Source: Orbicella franksi (taxonomy: Eukaryota). From it: DNA of 64,000 bases. Of the stretch, positions 10,724-37,511 are shown piece after piece. Both the position numbers and the translations under genes were made by a program. The first letter of the stretch is position 1, and every line of letters starts with the position of its first letter. The stretch covers positions 32,736,001 through 32,800,000 of the forward strand of contig OZ116702.1 of the NCBI GenBank assembly GCA_964199315.1. Reading direction: 5' to 3'. The notes beneath the pieces were generated by a model. It was given only the letters and a program-made list of their open reading frames with translations. It did not search any database and was not told the DNA's origin.

Positions 10724-13700
10724 ATGAGTTCGATAATGGTTTATTACCAATGCAACTTCTGCGGAACTCCTCCACGAGCAAGTTCCGTTAACGGCTCTGT
10801 AGCACCGCTACAATCGAGTGTATCTCTCGTACCGTTTTGTACAAACGGTTGTACAAATGTGTCAGCAAAAGCACTGACAAAAACAAGCTTGGCGTCCGAG
10901 ACGGGAAATATCACGAGGAAAGCTGTAACATTCAAACAACAGGAGCATCTCTCGTTTGGAATTGACAGGATCCTTTATGGCTCTTCCAAAGCAGGTAAAA
11001 ATTTGACTTCACTTAATTCCAGAAAGAGCAAAGGGCGACCTTTATGCGTAGAGAAATCATCGGCTCGTTATTGATATAATATTATAGGCAGACAATCCGG
11101 TGCAAAAAAGGCCTTGTGTGCGTGCAAGCCCTGGCTACTTAGCCTGCCTTCACCTCATGTGTTTGCGCGATTTACGGATTTTCCAACTCCGATTAATAGG
11201 TACACTTAACAGAATTAAACGATTTATTGGCCAGTATTCAATGTTGTGTTTTAAACCCCTGCAGTGTTGGGCTCTGAGACAAACCGATGTAAACGGATAA
11301 ATTCGTGCGGAATTTTTTTTTGTGGTGCAATACTCCAGGTCGAATTGAACGAAGACCAAATGTACCTGGATCAATAACAGTGAAAAAATTCTACTGACAG
11401 GCGCGAATCGAATAGAGTGGAGATTAAATAGAACGGTTTTTAGCCGATCTGATTATCGTTAACAGCTTACTGATTCTATTCATTGCTAATTTGCTATAAA
11501 AACCTTTCATAATTGCTCGCAAAACACAAACGCCGACGAGATTTAGACACACACGACGAATTCGCGATAGAACTGGAAATTCTCAAGCGCGACCTCTCAT
11601 CATGTCTGAAAACCACAATGCCCAAAAGAGATCACCAGAGAATTTTCTTCGCATTACGAACGGCGCATTAAAATAACTGTGGCTTTCGAACTCTTTTAAA
11701 TAGTGCAAGGCTTAAAAGGTAAACGAACTCCGGGGAATTCAACCATCTTTTTGGTTAAAAAAAAAAAAAAAAAAAAAAATGAAATTCAGCGGGGGGCATC
11801 TTCCTTCAAACAGTGTGGCCGTGGCGCAATTGTTGCCTGCGTGTGTGTCCGGCGCGCATTATAGTCCCATTATACGTTCTATTGGTCATGACTGGCCATC
11901 TTGGTTTCGGACAAAGAGTCGCTTACACATCCGGCATGTTTACAAAACTTATCAGACACCTGTCATGTTGTTATTCAACATTTCGTGCATTTGATGCCGG
12001 AAAAATCAAATGAAATTAAAGATAAAGTGATTCAAGCTATGAGTGTGATTGTTTTAGTGTGTAATTCAATCTTTTTATAGCCTCGATACATTACACCATG
12101 AATTCGTCCCGGAAATTGCCAATCTACGGAAAAAAAGCATTTGTGATTGACTTCGAGAGATTACTTGAAACTGGTCTGTTTCTCTTAGAAGCCGATTAAA
12201 ATAGTTTGAAAACATCTTGTCAATACTATTCTAAGGATATGTAGTGCTCTGGGTAAAGGCCGAATTTCAAAGTTCATTCCTAGTAGGGGTAGTCTTAGCA
12301 GGGGAAGAAAGTAGATTACATTTGCCGAGGTCACATTTGAAGAAGTGATAATTTCTTCATCGTGAAATGTAGAAAATGTACTGTTTGTGTTGGAGTTATT
12401 ATACTCTTACAATGCAGGTCAAGGCATCAAGTCTTTGGAATTGTTGAGCTGCAATACCGGGTTTCTCTGTGGGTTCCCGAAGTAATTTGAACTGAGGCGA
12501 AGTCGCTTTAGACGACCTTTTGTTTCCGATTCGGACTAAAAAATGAAACAAAATTAAGGCTTGAAGTAATCTTCATAAGTGTTAGCAAACGGAGCCTTGC
12601 AGACAGTTTCGCAGAAACTGAACTTCGTATCTACAGTATTTCCAAGGTTGTTTTAAAGGAAGACTTTCGTAAATAGTAAATGATTCTTGTCCAACCTTGT
12701 TCCCAGGGTCTCTCGTCTTCTGGACACTCAGGAAGAGAAAGCCTGGGAACGAGGCTTGAGATTGTCATGAGTGATCACGTGATCCTTTTTTCAAATGATG
12801 ATTAAAATCAATTCGCTCAAAACCTCGAAACATATGATCTATCAAACATTTCCTTTGTGAATCGCTTGTTCGTGGGGTAAAAGTTGACAAAATAGGGCAA
12901 AATACCCTGCAGAGAGACTTTCAATTTTAAAACATGTCGCTTTTTAATAGCTCAGAATAGAACTGAGATCATGGTAAATCATGGTGCGGAGGCAGTCAGG
13001 AAACCCATTGTTATCTAAGCCTCGCGAGTTCAACTACCCAGAGAATGTCTTTGACTATACTGGACTAGAAAGTGGGAATTCTGTGCTTTGTTTGTTGAGA
13101 TACCTTTGGGTAGAATTTAAGCTTTAGTCTTTTTTGGGTTGAGTTGTTAGTAAAACCGTGAACGTGTTTGCCTGGTTAAGACTGAATAGCGCTCCATTCA
13201 GCCCAAATGGTGTACCGGTTAGCCTGAATAGCACGGACTCAACAGTGGTCAGCTCTCAGTAATTGTAACTGTAATAACTGAGCAACCTGTAGTGAACTAG
13301 CGACCTACGTACTTGGCTAAAACAGTTAACTTGTAAACAGTAAAACTTTAGACTAGTACTAAGATAGTTATTTTATTAATTTAAATGGCACCGGCCCAGT
13401 GCCATATGTGGGTTGAGTTTGTTGTTGGTTCTCGCCTTGCTCCGAGGCTTTCTCTGGGTTTTCCGGTTTTTCTCCATCCTGAAAAAAAAAAACATCATCC
13501 CCAAATTTCAATTCGACCATGGCCAGGATGAAATCCAGCTGAGGCTGATGTAGCTTCCATTCTAAATATTGTAATTTATTTAATCTTAAAACAGTGATTA
13601 TATGGAGCACCCGAAGCTCGCATGGGCAAACGTGAAGTGATCGATTCAAATCCTATGCAGATCGCGCAATTTTTGCTTTTAAACTCAAACCTTGCGTGAG

Positions 13701-14745
13701 TCCTTTGACGCCGAGCGTCACCTTTGAACTTGCAATAAGAAGATATTGCCATAATCCGTTTTTAAATTTTATTGATATAGTGCTACTGACAGATGCCTAA
13801 AAATTAATATTGCGTGTTCCAAAAAGATTTGACTTTGTAAAGTTTTTACATCTGATACGTCATAAACCGATTGCAAAACTAAATTGCTTTTATTCTGAGA
13901 TCGAAGTTGTCCTTGTATCACTTTAACACCATTATCTTAATCGTTATGCAACGTTTTCACGTTACAATCTGAGAAAATAGCTTCTGTGCTATACAGAAAA
14001 ATGTTACAAAAAAGTGGCTTACATGATGGCACAGAAGAGCAATATTTCGAATATTGGCTACATTTATTGTTAAAGTTTACCCTATCAGTGGTCTTACGGT
14101 TGACGCCCTGTAAATAAAACAAGCAATTACCTTGTTGTTTTTATCAGGGCAAGAGAGAGAGAGAGATCTTCGCTTTGGTATTTACTAATTCGCCGGAAAC
14201 ACACTCTAGAGAGATAGATCTAAAAACCTTAAAAGACTTCCGAGAAAACTGCTCTTCCACGCAACACGTCAACCTTATCGCGCAATGAAAACTTTTCAGG
14301 TCTGATGCAATGTCATCATATCTTGAAACTTAGCCTTGGGTAACATGTTAATACTTTTCATTTCTTAAAGTTATTTCATCTCAGACTGTGTCTCCAATTG
14401 ATCATAAAGCTATCTTATTCTGTCTGTTTTTCAGACCTGTTTGGTAAGCGTCTTAATGTTACCCTCGCCACTCCCCGCAGTACAACAAGGCAAATTACTC
14501 ACTCCACACCCTGGTCCCGTCCGGTTTTCTCTGACCACCAGCGCAAGACTCTAGAAGACCGCTTTCAGCTTCAGCACTACTTGAACAAACGGGAGCGTTA
14601 TCACTTGTCTCTGTGTATTGGACTTACAGAACATCAAATTAAGGTGTGGTTCCAAAACAGACGAGTCAAGTGGAGACAACGACAGAAGGCGAAAAAACAA
14701 AGCACAAAGCTGTCCCGTGGGGCACCCGGTGCGCAGAAACATTGA
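10724..14745 (+). CDS. Second Hlx-like homeobox protein (divergent tandem paralogue), 2 exons, 193 aa
   Basis: join(10724..10994,14435..14745). Exon 1 ends after eh1 (LSFGIDRIL) at GCAG|gtaaaa, phase 1; exon 2 ttttcag|AC, phases match. Homeodomain [60 protein letters not shown] (W3, Q50, N51). Confidence 0.85.
12692..12758. mobile_element. Tiny palindromic MITE
   Basis: caaccttgttcccaggg ... cctgggaacgaggcttg inverted ends around a short spacer; related half-elements at ~39163 and ~53656. Confidence 0.55.
13388..13582 (+). mobile_element. 5'-truncated SINE with a V-SINE-like core
   Basis: atatgtgggttgagtttgttgttggttctc...ctgggttttccggtttttctcc resembles the V-SINE central domain (from memory) and ends in an AT-rich tail (tctaaatattgtaatttattt). 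Confidence 0.5.
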
Positions 14746-14973
14746 CTTTTGTTGCCATAAGGAAAAAACAGACCCGCTCTTTCAAGAAGAGGAATTGAGT
14801 AAGAAATACGGATTAAGAAAAAACGTGTGTTGTTTAACTGATCATACTGATAAGTGCGCGAGGAAAAACTGCGCAAAAAGAAAATGTACTTTTCTTATCT
14901 TGGTGATTGATATGATTTTCTTACGTACTTTGAAAGTTTCTGTTTTACCAGTGGGATAATTAGTCATCCTTTA

Positions 14974-15263
14974 GGGACGGACCATTATCTTTTTGAGGGT
15001 GGGGGAGGTTGGACAATTTCCAAAACAAATTTTGCACAGCAAAAACTGCTAAAAAAATCGTACAAGGGAAGCCACGGGAAAAACATCGAGCAAGTGCTTT
15101 CACCTAACCAGGTCCTCTGTTTGACTTTTGAAAAATCCTTCCACAAGCTATTGCCCACCAAAATAATCTTGCACAACCTAAAGGTGAGAAAATTGAATTT
15201 CATTCCCCAGAAAATTGCCCCAGCTCCCCCGCCCCCCGCTCTCAAACAGATAATTGTCCGCTC
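14974..15263. mobile_element. MITE downstream of Hlx-like gene 2
   Basis: gggacggaccattatct ... agataattgtccgctcc imperfect inverted ends with subterminal G-run and C-run; flanks tta/tca. Confidence 0.55.
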
Positions 15264-15475
15264 CTCAGTTAAGGGAGTCTTTCATTTGTTCAGTCGTGAC
15301 AAGCAATTGACAGGTGCCGGAGTGTTTTCGTACTATGCTGTGATCGGAACTCCTCCCGTTAGTGTGCGACCATTCAAATAAAAAGCATCGAGAAGCACTT
15401 GCATGATCGTGATACTGTTTATTACACTGTAAAAAAGTGATTTTAACTTTTGGGTCTATGGAGTACTTTAATGTT

Positions 15476-15670
15476 TGCTCCTGCTCCTGCCTCCTGTCGC
15501 TGCCGCTGCTGCTACTGCTCCTACTGCTACTGCTACCACTGCTGTTACTGCTTCTTCAATCCCTAATAAAAGTTAAAATCACTTTTTCTGCCACTGATAC
15601 TAATGCTACTCCTACTCCTACTGTCGCTTCCACTGCAGCGCTACTACTGCAGCCACTACTGTTACTAAGT
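15476..15670. repeat. Degenerate (CTG/CTA/CTC)n trinucleotide low-complexity tract
   Basis: Directly visible ctgctgctactgctcctactgctactgctacc...; explains the poly-Leu ORF 15437..15685. Confidence 0.9.
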
Positions 15671-16171
15671 TATGTAAAACTATAGTGCCATCAAATAGTT
15701 ACACGAGAATACTAAATCAGAAACGTCGTCGGTGGCTTTCGAAAAGTGACGGACACTAAACCGTCAGATAAATTTAAACATGGAATCAGTTTGTCATAAG
15801 AAGGCCGCGTTAATAGTTTATAAAACTCAGGACTACATGTAAGATACAGTTAAAAATTAGTTCAAACTGCAAACGAAGCTCTATAACAGTGCTCCCAATT
15901 TTTGGTTTTAAATGTGTTTGCCGGGATATCCTGTGAAGAGTTCTGAGTGGACGGTACAGCCACGGTTGATGGCACGGTCCCGGAGGGGGGGGGGAGGGGA
16001 CTTCCACATAAAAAGGACGGGGGTGCTGATCGGAAATTTTGAAAAGAACCCTTAAGAGGTACCAAGATTTTGTCTGTTGGGCGTGGCTTGATTGAACAAT
16101 GAAGAACAACAAGCTTGGCTTGCCTTTATGCCGTGCATACGTATAGTTGCTAAAGTTGGTAAGGAGTCTAA

Positions 16172-17311
16172 CTATAATCTAGACTCCTTGACCTGAGTTC
16201 GGCCTTTACCAATTGTTTCTCTAACGGCTTTCTTGAACTCAGGACTTCGGAAACTGTATAAAATAGGATTTATGGCCGTGTTGGAGAATCCCAGCATCCA
16301 AAGAAACCTGCTCACTTCATTTGGAACCGTGTAAACACACTCTTGACAAAAAACAAATGCTATACTCAGTGATGTCCACGGAAGCCAGCAAAAAATAAAG
16401 GAGGACACGATTAAAAAGGTTGTATTAGCCGCGCGAGCATTACGCCTTTGTTTTAATTTTCTGACAGCAGTTTCATTTTGGATTCTATTCAGCTCCAAGC
16501 GACTGTATCGCTCAGTTGGAGGGAAATGACAGAAATGCTCCATTGGTTTGCCTTCCGTTGTTTCGTCGTTGTTTTCAGGTACAGCCGATAAACTGATGCA
16601 TTCCGTCGTTTTGAAAGGAACGGGTTCGCTTTCTGTACCACGTACACCAGGTTGCAATGGACTACGTGACATTTTGAGGACAAGGTGGTACATTCTGAGG
16701 TTAATACAACTAGAAGCCAACACGGGTATTACAAAATTCAGCATGGAGCTTAAAAATGAATAAACCAAAGTTATATTGAAGTAACAAAATCCATTGTGGA
16801 CACTTTTTGAAAAATTTTTCCAGCCAAGGACCGGGGCGAGTGAAAACAAGATCGAGTAAGCCCACAAAATGCAAACCACCAGTGAGGAGCGCCTGCGAGT
16901 CATCAGCGGCGATTCCTTGAAACGATCAAGAGGGTCTTGAAGGGTTCTGTAGCGATAAAACGTCAAAGCCAGCAAGGTGAGAATGGACGTAGGGACTGTG
17001 AGCAAATATGCGGTGGTGTAAACGTTGCACATTATCTCACCATGGCTCCATTTGTCATGTGATATAGTTAACTCCAGATTAAACGATGCGACGAGACACA
17101 TGGTCATGAGGTCGGACACTGCCAGCGATACTATGAAGCAAGCGTTGACAGACCGCCGCAAGGACCTGGTGCTTAGTATCACCACACAGACGGCGAGGTT
17201 TCCCAGAAGAGATACTGCGATAATCAACGCGTAAATTGTGGAGTACACAACTGTAACACTGAACTGAATAATTGTTGCGTTGGTCCAATTGCCATATCGG
17301 GACTCATTCAT
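16172..17311 (-). CDS. Intronless rhodopsin-like (class A) GPCR, orphan, 379 aa
   Basis: Seven hydrophobic segments with class A motifs: GN (TM1), LAVSD (TM2), C3.25, YRY in place of DRY, W4.50, FVIP (TM5), CWLP (TM6), NPILY (TM7) and helix 8. N-terminal sequons NES, NWT, NAT. Confidence 0.93.
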   Translation of the reverse strand: MNESRYGNWTNATIIQFSVTVVYSTIYALIIAVSLLGNLAVCVVILSTRSLRRSVNACFIVSLAVSDLMTMCLVASFNLELTISHDKWSHGEIMCNVYTTAYLLTVPTSILTLLALTFYRYRTLQDPLDRFKESPLMTRRRSSLVVCILWAYSILFSLAPVLGWKNFSKSVHNGFCYFNITLVYSFLSSMLNFVIPVLASSCINLRMYHLVLKMSRSPLQPGVRGTESEPVPFKTTECISLSAVPENNDETTEGKPMEHFCHFPPTERYSRLELNRIQNETAVRKLKQRRNARAANTTFLIVSSFIFCWLPWTSLSIAFVFCQECVYTVPNEVSRFLWMLGFSNTAINPILYSFRSPEFKKAVRETIGKGRTQVKESRL

Positions 17312-19082
17312 GATGGACTAGGATAATAATCTTGTATTTTCTTATTCCAGTTCCTGCATTGCAATTAAAGAGGAGAGAATGTTTTATCTACGAATATTTT
17401 TGTAGATAATTGCTAATTGTAGTTTTTGTTGTGACTTCGGCTGTGATGTCAAGTGACAGACATTTTTATGTTCCTTTTCCATTACCAGCAAAAACCAACT
17501 AAAGTCTGAGAAGTACAAACGTCAGTGAAACTTCTTGTCATTCAATATACCCAAATAGGTCACTAAAAGACATGGATAAAGCTCATCTGAGACAAACTTG
17601 TCGTATTTTGTAGAAAATACGCCCGCAGTATTTATTTGAACTTGTTTATATTTGACTCTAGCAGTTTATGAAGCCAGGTGCTCATTAAGTAAAGATTTAT
17701 TTAAGCGATAATTAACTGGCAAACTAAGAAATAAAACGTTGAGAAGTTTAACTTAATATCACAACTGTTCATCACTTCCAAAAGGGCTGATGAAGATTCA
17801 GAAGAAGATTCAGAAGACTTATTACGTTCTCCTGAAATATATATCCGCACATCCTTTGTAAGGCAATTTTTTTCAGGGAAACTGACGTGGCCAAGAACTA
17901 TTTCACTTGAGGACAAGGGAATTGTTCCAGCTGAACACTTTCTTTTGCTCCGAGATCAAAACAATAGAGATAAATAAGCTTTCTTTTGCGAAATATGGGA
18001 GCAGTTTGTAACACGACTTCAATGAAATCCATAGCAAAATGAATAATCACGTGATCGAAAAAACGATGATATAGTTCAAATGCAAAGCATTATGGGTAGA
18101 GCTTCTAAACCTCTTTGCTTGCAGATTTCAATTTTAATTTTCTTTACGGACAGTCTGCGTCTGCGGAAAAAGCTGAACCACATTTTGTCTGTTTGGTTAG
18201 CCGTCCGTACATTTTCTTTGCCGTATTTTACGCGATGGAAGCCATTAAAACTTACGCTCTAACGTGGCAATGGAAATCCAGCTTAAAAAATAGCGTTAAA
18301 TGAAAAAGTCGTGTGAGTGAGAATCCTTGTCCAGAATTACTCTTTTGAGCCGATCTCCTCGTATCTGCATTGCTTGGAAATCCACTTCTGATCTCACACG
18401 CAAAGCTACTGGTAACAAATGATAATTTCAATAGCAAATGATTTGGTAGCGAATATATATTATTTTTAATATATCCGAAAGTATTCGAAAATACTAGAGA
18501 CAGAAGACTGATAACAACCTGCTCCACACTGGAGGATCATCAAATTGAGTGAAATATAAAATAACCATTCGAAACTTTCAATAACACCGCAAACACAAAT
18601 TAAAGAAGTTAGGATGCAGATGGACAGAAATTGAAAAAGACTAAAACGTATTTTGATATCGTGGCCTGGGTTTTGAAAACCTGTTAGGCTGACAGTTTTC
18701 AAAGTTAATGTCGTTTGTTTGTCGTCTTTATTATAAAGACTGGGAGAAGCATTTCTTTGTAATGAAGCTATAGTTTTGTGCTTTTAGATTCATAGAAGTC
18801 TGAATTTCTTCGCTAACATTAAGTTTCTTGACGAGTATTTGGCGAAACGTAATAAAACGGACAAAACTCAGCTGTGACACAATCGCTTTTGTTTAAGCGC
18901 AATGGAGCCAGAATTGAGTGGAAAACAGAACAAGGTACAGAAAAAGACAACCGTTAACTATTTTCGAAAATTAATCGTAAACAATGGTTAAAAATACATA
19001 CGGTTGCGTTCTCAATGAAGAGCGGTTTGAGCTAATTCTTCCCTCTAGTCCAGTTGGCCGAAGCGTTAGCCTTTAGTGATAC

Positions 19083-19277
19083 TAGGCTGATTTAGCAAGA
19101 GAACGGGAACGTCACTTGACGACGGCGCGCGTAGTATAAATAGCCAAATATGGTCAAATTAGAACAGAATCTAGGTTATTCCGCGCGCCCTGCAGTCGTC
19201 ATCTGACCATATGTGGTTATTTGTACTGCGTGCGCCGCCGTCAAGTGACGTTCCCGTTCCCTTGCTAAATCAGCCTA
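19083..19277. mobile_element. MITE with long terminal inverted repeats (PIF/Harbinger-like ends)
   Basis: taggctgatttagcaagagaacgggaacgtcacttgacg ... cgtcaagtgacgttcccgttcccttgctaaatcagccta: ~39-bp TIR with one mismatch. Confidence 0.85.
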
Positions 19278-20082
19278 ATAACTACAAGAAGACGGCGACA
19301 CCTGACTGGCGACGGAGTTAATTATGAACGAATGTTTTTTTTTTTGCCTCAATAATAGAGAGAACCAGGTGCACCCGCGCTAAACCTAAACGAAACCAAC
19401 TTTAAGGTCAGGATACAAATTCTTACTACTGGCCACCATGCACCCTTCATGTTACTATTTTAGAGAATTCGAAAATTCCCCTCGGTAATCAATTCCTCTT
19501 CTTTCAGTACCTACTGGCAGCACTGAAAATTAAAATGCGCAATTCGCATTTTACATTTAGTTTCTAATGTAATGCAAATGAGACAAGGTAACCGTGAAAA
19601 AGTCTATTCGCTTCTTTAGAAACGTGAAGAAATCTGGTGCGATCTCATCTCGCAAACGCTTGTGGGATCGTCACTGGAGAGAACAGAAGATGAGAAGCCA
19701 TTTATAGAGCGGAAAAACGTACTGCGCGGCTTTCTGCTCGTCTCTCGCCATACCTGCGGGTGGTGGAAAGAACGGCAGACTGTAATAAGGTACGCGAGGA
19801 CGTGGATCGGTTGATTAATTTATAATTGGGCAAGCACGACTTTTTTCGGCATTTCACTCTTTAAAAGAAAACAAGGCTCCCCTGCCTGCTGAGAGGTTTT
19901 CTTGGTTATACATTTAGTAGTGAGCTTATATGGAGGAATATGTAAAGAGGGTTTGTGGGAAAAAAAAATGTCTTCGCACCGAAATTTCTTGTAGACAGCG
20001 GGAAGGTAAGGGTTCGGAAACCTTCTTTAATAGGCGCATTTGATCATATTCACATGCTAATTTGCGCCTTAGAAATATTAAA

Positions 20083-20122
20083 TATTATTATTATCATTAT
20101 TATTATTATTATTATTATTATT
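20083..20122. repeat. (ATT)n microsatellite
   Basis: About 13 near-perfect TAT units. Confidence 0.95.
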
Positions 20123-21255
20123 TTAATGTTAATTTTGTTCGAAAGAAAAAAAAAAGATTCCCCACGAAATCAATACACCAGATTTCCATTAGTGACATGA
20201 GAATGTTGCTGCTTACCGGAAAAATTGGGAAAGCATATTAAGTTCGTAACTTCTTTTTCTTTACACGATCGACAAAATTCCCGCCATTGTTTTCAAACTT
20301 GGAACCTGGCGCGCGGCTAAAACTCGCGCATGCTGAAGGAGTCATGCTGCCGCCAGTAACTGTAACACAAGCCACTGCGAGATGAGACTCGCTCCAGACT
20401 TCTCCTCATTCTAAAGTGGCTAATTCAATTTGCAGACAAACAACTCGTGATTACAAAACAACCGTTTAATGTCGGCACAGCTGATCGTTTAAGGTAGAGT
20501 ATGGCCAACAATTTTCATAAATGAGTTTAATTACTCTCGGGTAACCGCAACTGAAAACAATTATTACAAACCTAGCTAATTATATGTATATATTGGACAT
20601 AATTCTATCAAAACCTACTATTCAACTAATTAATTAAACGCGGCGTATATATACACTACAAGGTAAGATATGCTTTTGAGGTATTTTACAAAAACGACGA
20701 GCAAAATATTGGATTTTCTTTTTTTGTTTCAAAAAATAATCGCTCTTTAGGAAACAAATCTACAAATACATTGCGATAAATTAAGCTTAATATCGCCTGG
20801 GCGTGTTTTAAGTGCTGTAGGAAAAGATAATTCTTGCGTCTGGCTGCACAAAACATTAAGGACGTACATTAGATTGTTATTGGAGTCACCTCATGTATAA
20901 AGCTTTTTTTCATCATTTTGATACACGATGACACTCAATAAACGATCCTTTTCATGCAAGAATTTTGTTTCGCGAAATCCCACTTTCCCAAAGCGATTAA
21001 TAACCCACAGGATTCATAGATGGGTTTCCTGAGACGGAAAAATAACATTTATCTTAAATCACCAGGGCGGTGACGCATTCCTCGATTAAAAAAACCGTCA
21101 TTTCTCTTCCAGACGAAATACGCGAAGAAATTTGACATGCAGATAAAGACACGTTATGTGCTCGGTGTCCCTTAGCAACCGTCACTCAGGACTCTAAGCA
21201 ACGTATGAACACAGATACCATAGTAACTGTTACTCAAGGTTGTAAGCCACGTGCG

Positions 21256-35867
<14,612 letters not shown>

Positions 35868-37195
35868 TTACAACACAACGAAACAATCATTCCTCAACGA
35901 CGAACTTCGACTTCCAATCACTCTGTTTTGAAGCTATGAATAAATTTGTGAGGTTGAATTTGTGGTTACGGCCTCCCACGTGACACGCACTCGCCAATCA
36001 CGAAGCGTTCTTTTCTGCGCCATAAAAATGGAGGTCACGTGCGACTTACTAGGGAGGTGTGGGTGTAATAATGGAATGATGTCATCCTGGAAAATAGTTT
36101 ACGTTCGAATGAGTCGCTAAATGATTTTAGGCCAATATACATGACAAAGTTATAAAAGACTACAATTGCTAGCAAAAGAAAGCGTTTTCGAGATTTTTCT
36201 ACGTCAACTGCAGAAAACGTTCTTCGATAATAAAAAGACAATTTTATGCAGAATCTTATCTACGAGTCAACTGGGAATGTTTCCGTGAGATTTTTTTTTT
36301 GTTTGAATAACTTTCCCTAAATCCTTTCACTATTTTGATTTATTTGTAGGCGTAAAATGAGTATGACACATATCGTGATATCATTTACGCACATAAGTCA
36401 ATTCAAAAGTCTTTTCACAGATGTGTATTTTCTTTTATAACACATTTCCGCTCCGTTAAATGATTCGTAACAACGGTATTCCAATCATCCGCTGTATTTC
36501 AGAGCGAGAGTTAAAATATTTATAAGAAGAAAAGCGTTTTTGTCAACTTTAGTAACTTTCGTGCCTCCTGTAACAGAACTTCAAGAACGGAGTGGACATT
36601 TGCATGAAAACTGGAATGATCGTCAGAGACTATCATATTTCAAGCCATTCGAGTTGTTGAAAAAAAAAAACTTTTTCTCAAAATAGAAAACAAATATTAT
36701 TTAAGAATTATTGAAATACAAAAACGTACGTGCGAAATATCCATTATGGAATGCCTTCCGGCGAATGGTTTTCTGTGAAACATGGCTAGACTTCTTTTGG
36801 AATCTACTTGAGCTTGCCATAAGGACGAGTTATTGTTCACTGAAATAAAAATCATACATAGTAGAAAGTTCTGCTCCGGATTCTGTTGCATAGCTACTTT
36901 ATTTTTACGTCCACCCAAGATCTATGTACAGATCACTGAGACAGATATTTAAATGTAAGTCACGTTGTCATTCTGTGATTCAAACTGCTCTTGAAAGGGA
37001 CACAGTACAGCATCTAAGTCATGACTTTTCACAGATGGGGATCGCCGGTTCGCAGTTTTTCTGACACAGACAAATACCGATGAGGTGCATTTTTCGCAGC
37101 GACTATAAACAATATTATAAGACGTTAATTTATTTGCTAGTTATCTCATGTACAACCATTTTAGAACAACGGAACTTGTATTGCATGGGACCAGC

Positions 37196-37309
37196 CTGTA
37201 TGGGTTATTGACCAAGCTTGTTCGGTCAAGATGGCTGGATATTGGCCAAGTTCTTTTTTTGCGTGCTTATGGACCCAGACGGAGTCGAGGTCCACAAACT
37301 CGCAAAAAA

Positions 37310-37344
<35 letters not shown>

Positions 37345-37511
37345 AAGCTTGGCCAATAAAGGATTTGTTATGCGGCTTTCGGGGAAATTTTTCTTGCGGG
37401 ATACGGCGGGAAGTCCCGAGCGGGCAAGATAGCTCCATCTTGCCCGAGTAGCCAATCAGAGCGTAAGATTTGATTCATCTTGCCCGCACACGGAGCTTGC
37501 CATATAATAAA
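37196..37511. mobile_element. MITE with a ~150-bp internal palindrome
   Basis: ttattgaccaagcttgttcggtcaagatggctggatattggcc (~37207) versus ggccaatatccagccatcttgaccgaacaagcttggccaataa (~37317-37359); explains the cluster of ORFs at 37148-37455. Confidence 0.8.

Noticed and set aside
10163-10750. 195-aa antisense ORF overlapping the promoter and start of Hlx-like gene 2
   Set aside because: No recognisable domain or splice context; it overlaps the motif-bearing promoter and has a non-ATG start in the track. Treated as chance unless RNA or conservation data say otherwise.
15437-15685. Poly-Leu ORF resembling a signal or membrane peptide
   Set aside because: Produced by a CTG/CTA simple repeat.
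19955-20200. Poly-Ile ORF
   Set aside because: Produced by the (ATT)n microsatellite.
37148-37455. Cluster of overlapping ORFs on both strands
   Set aside because: An artefact of a palindromic MITE.
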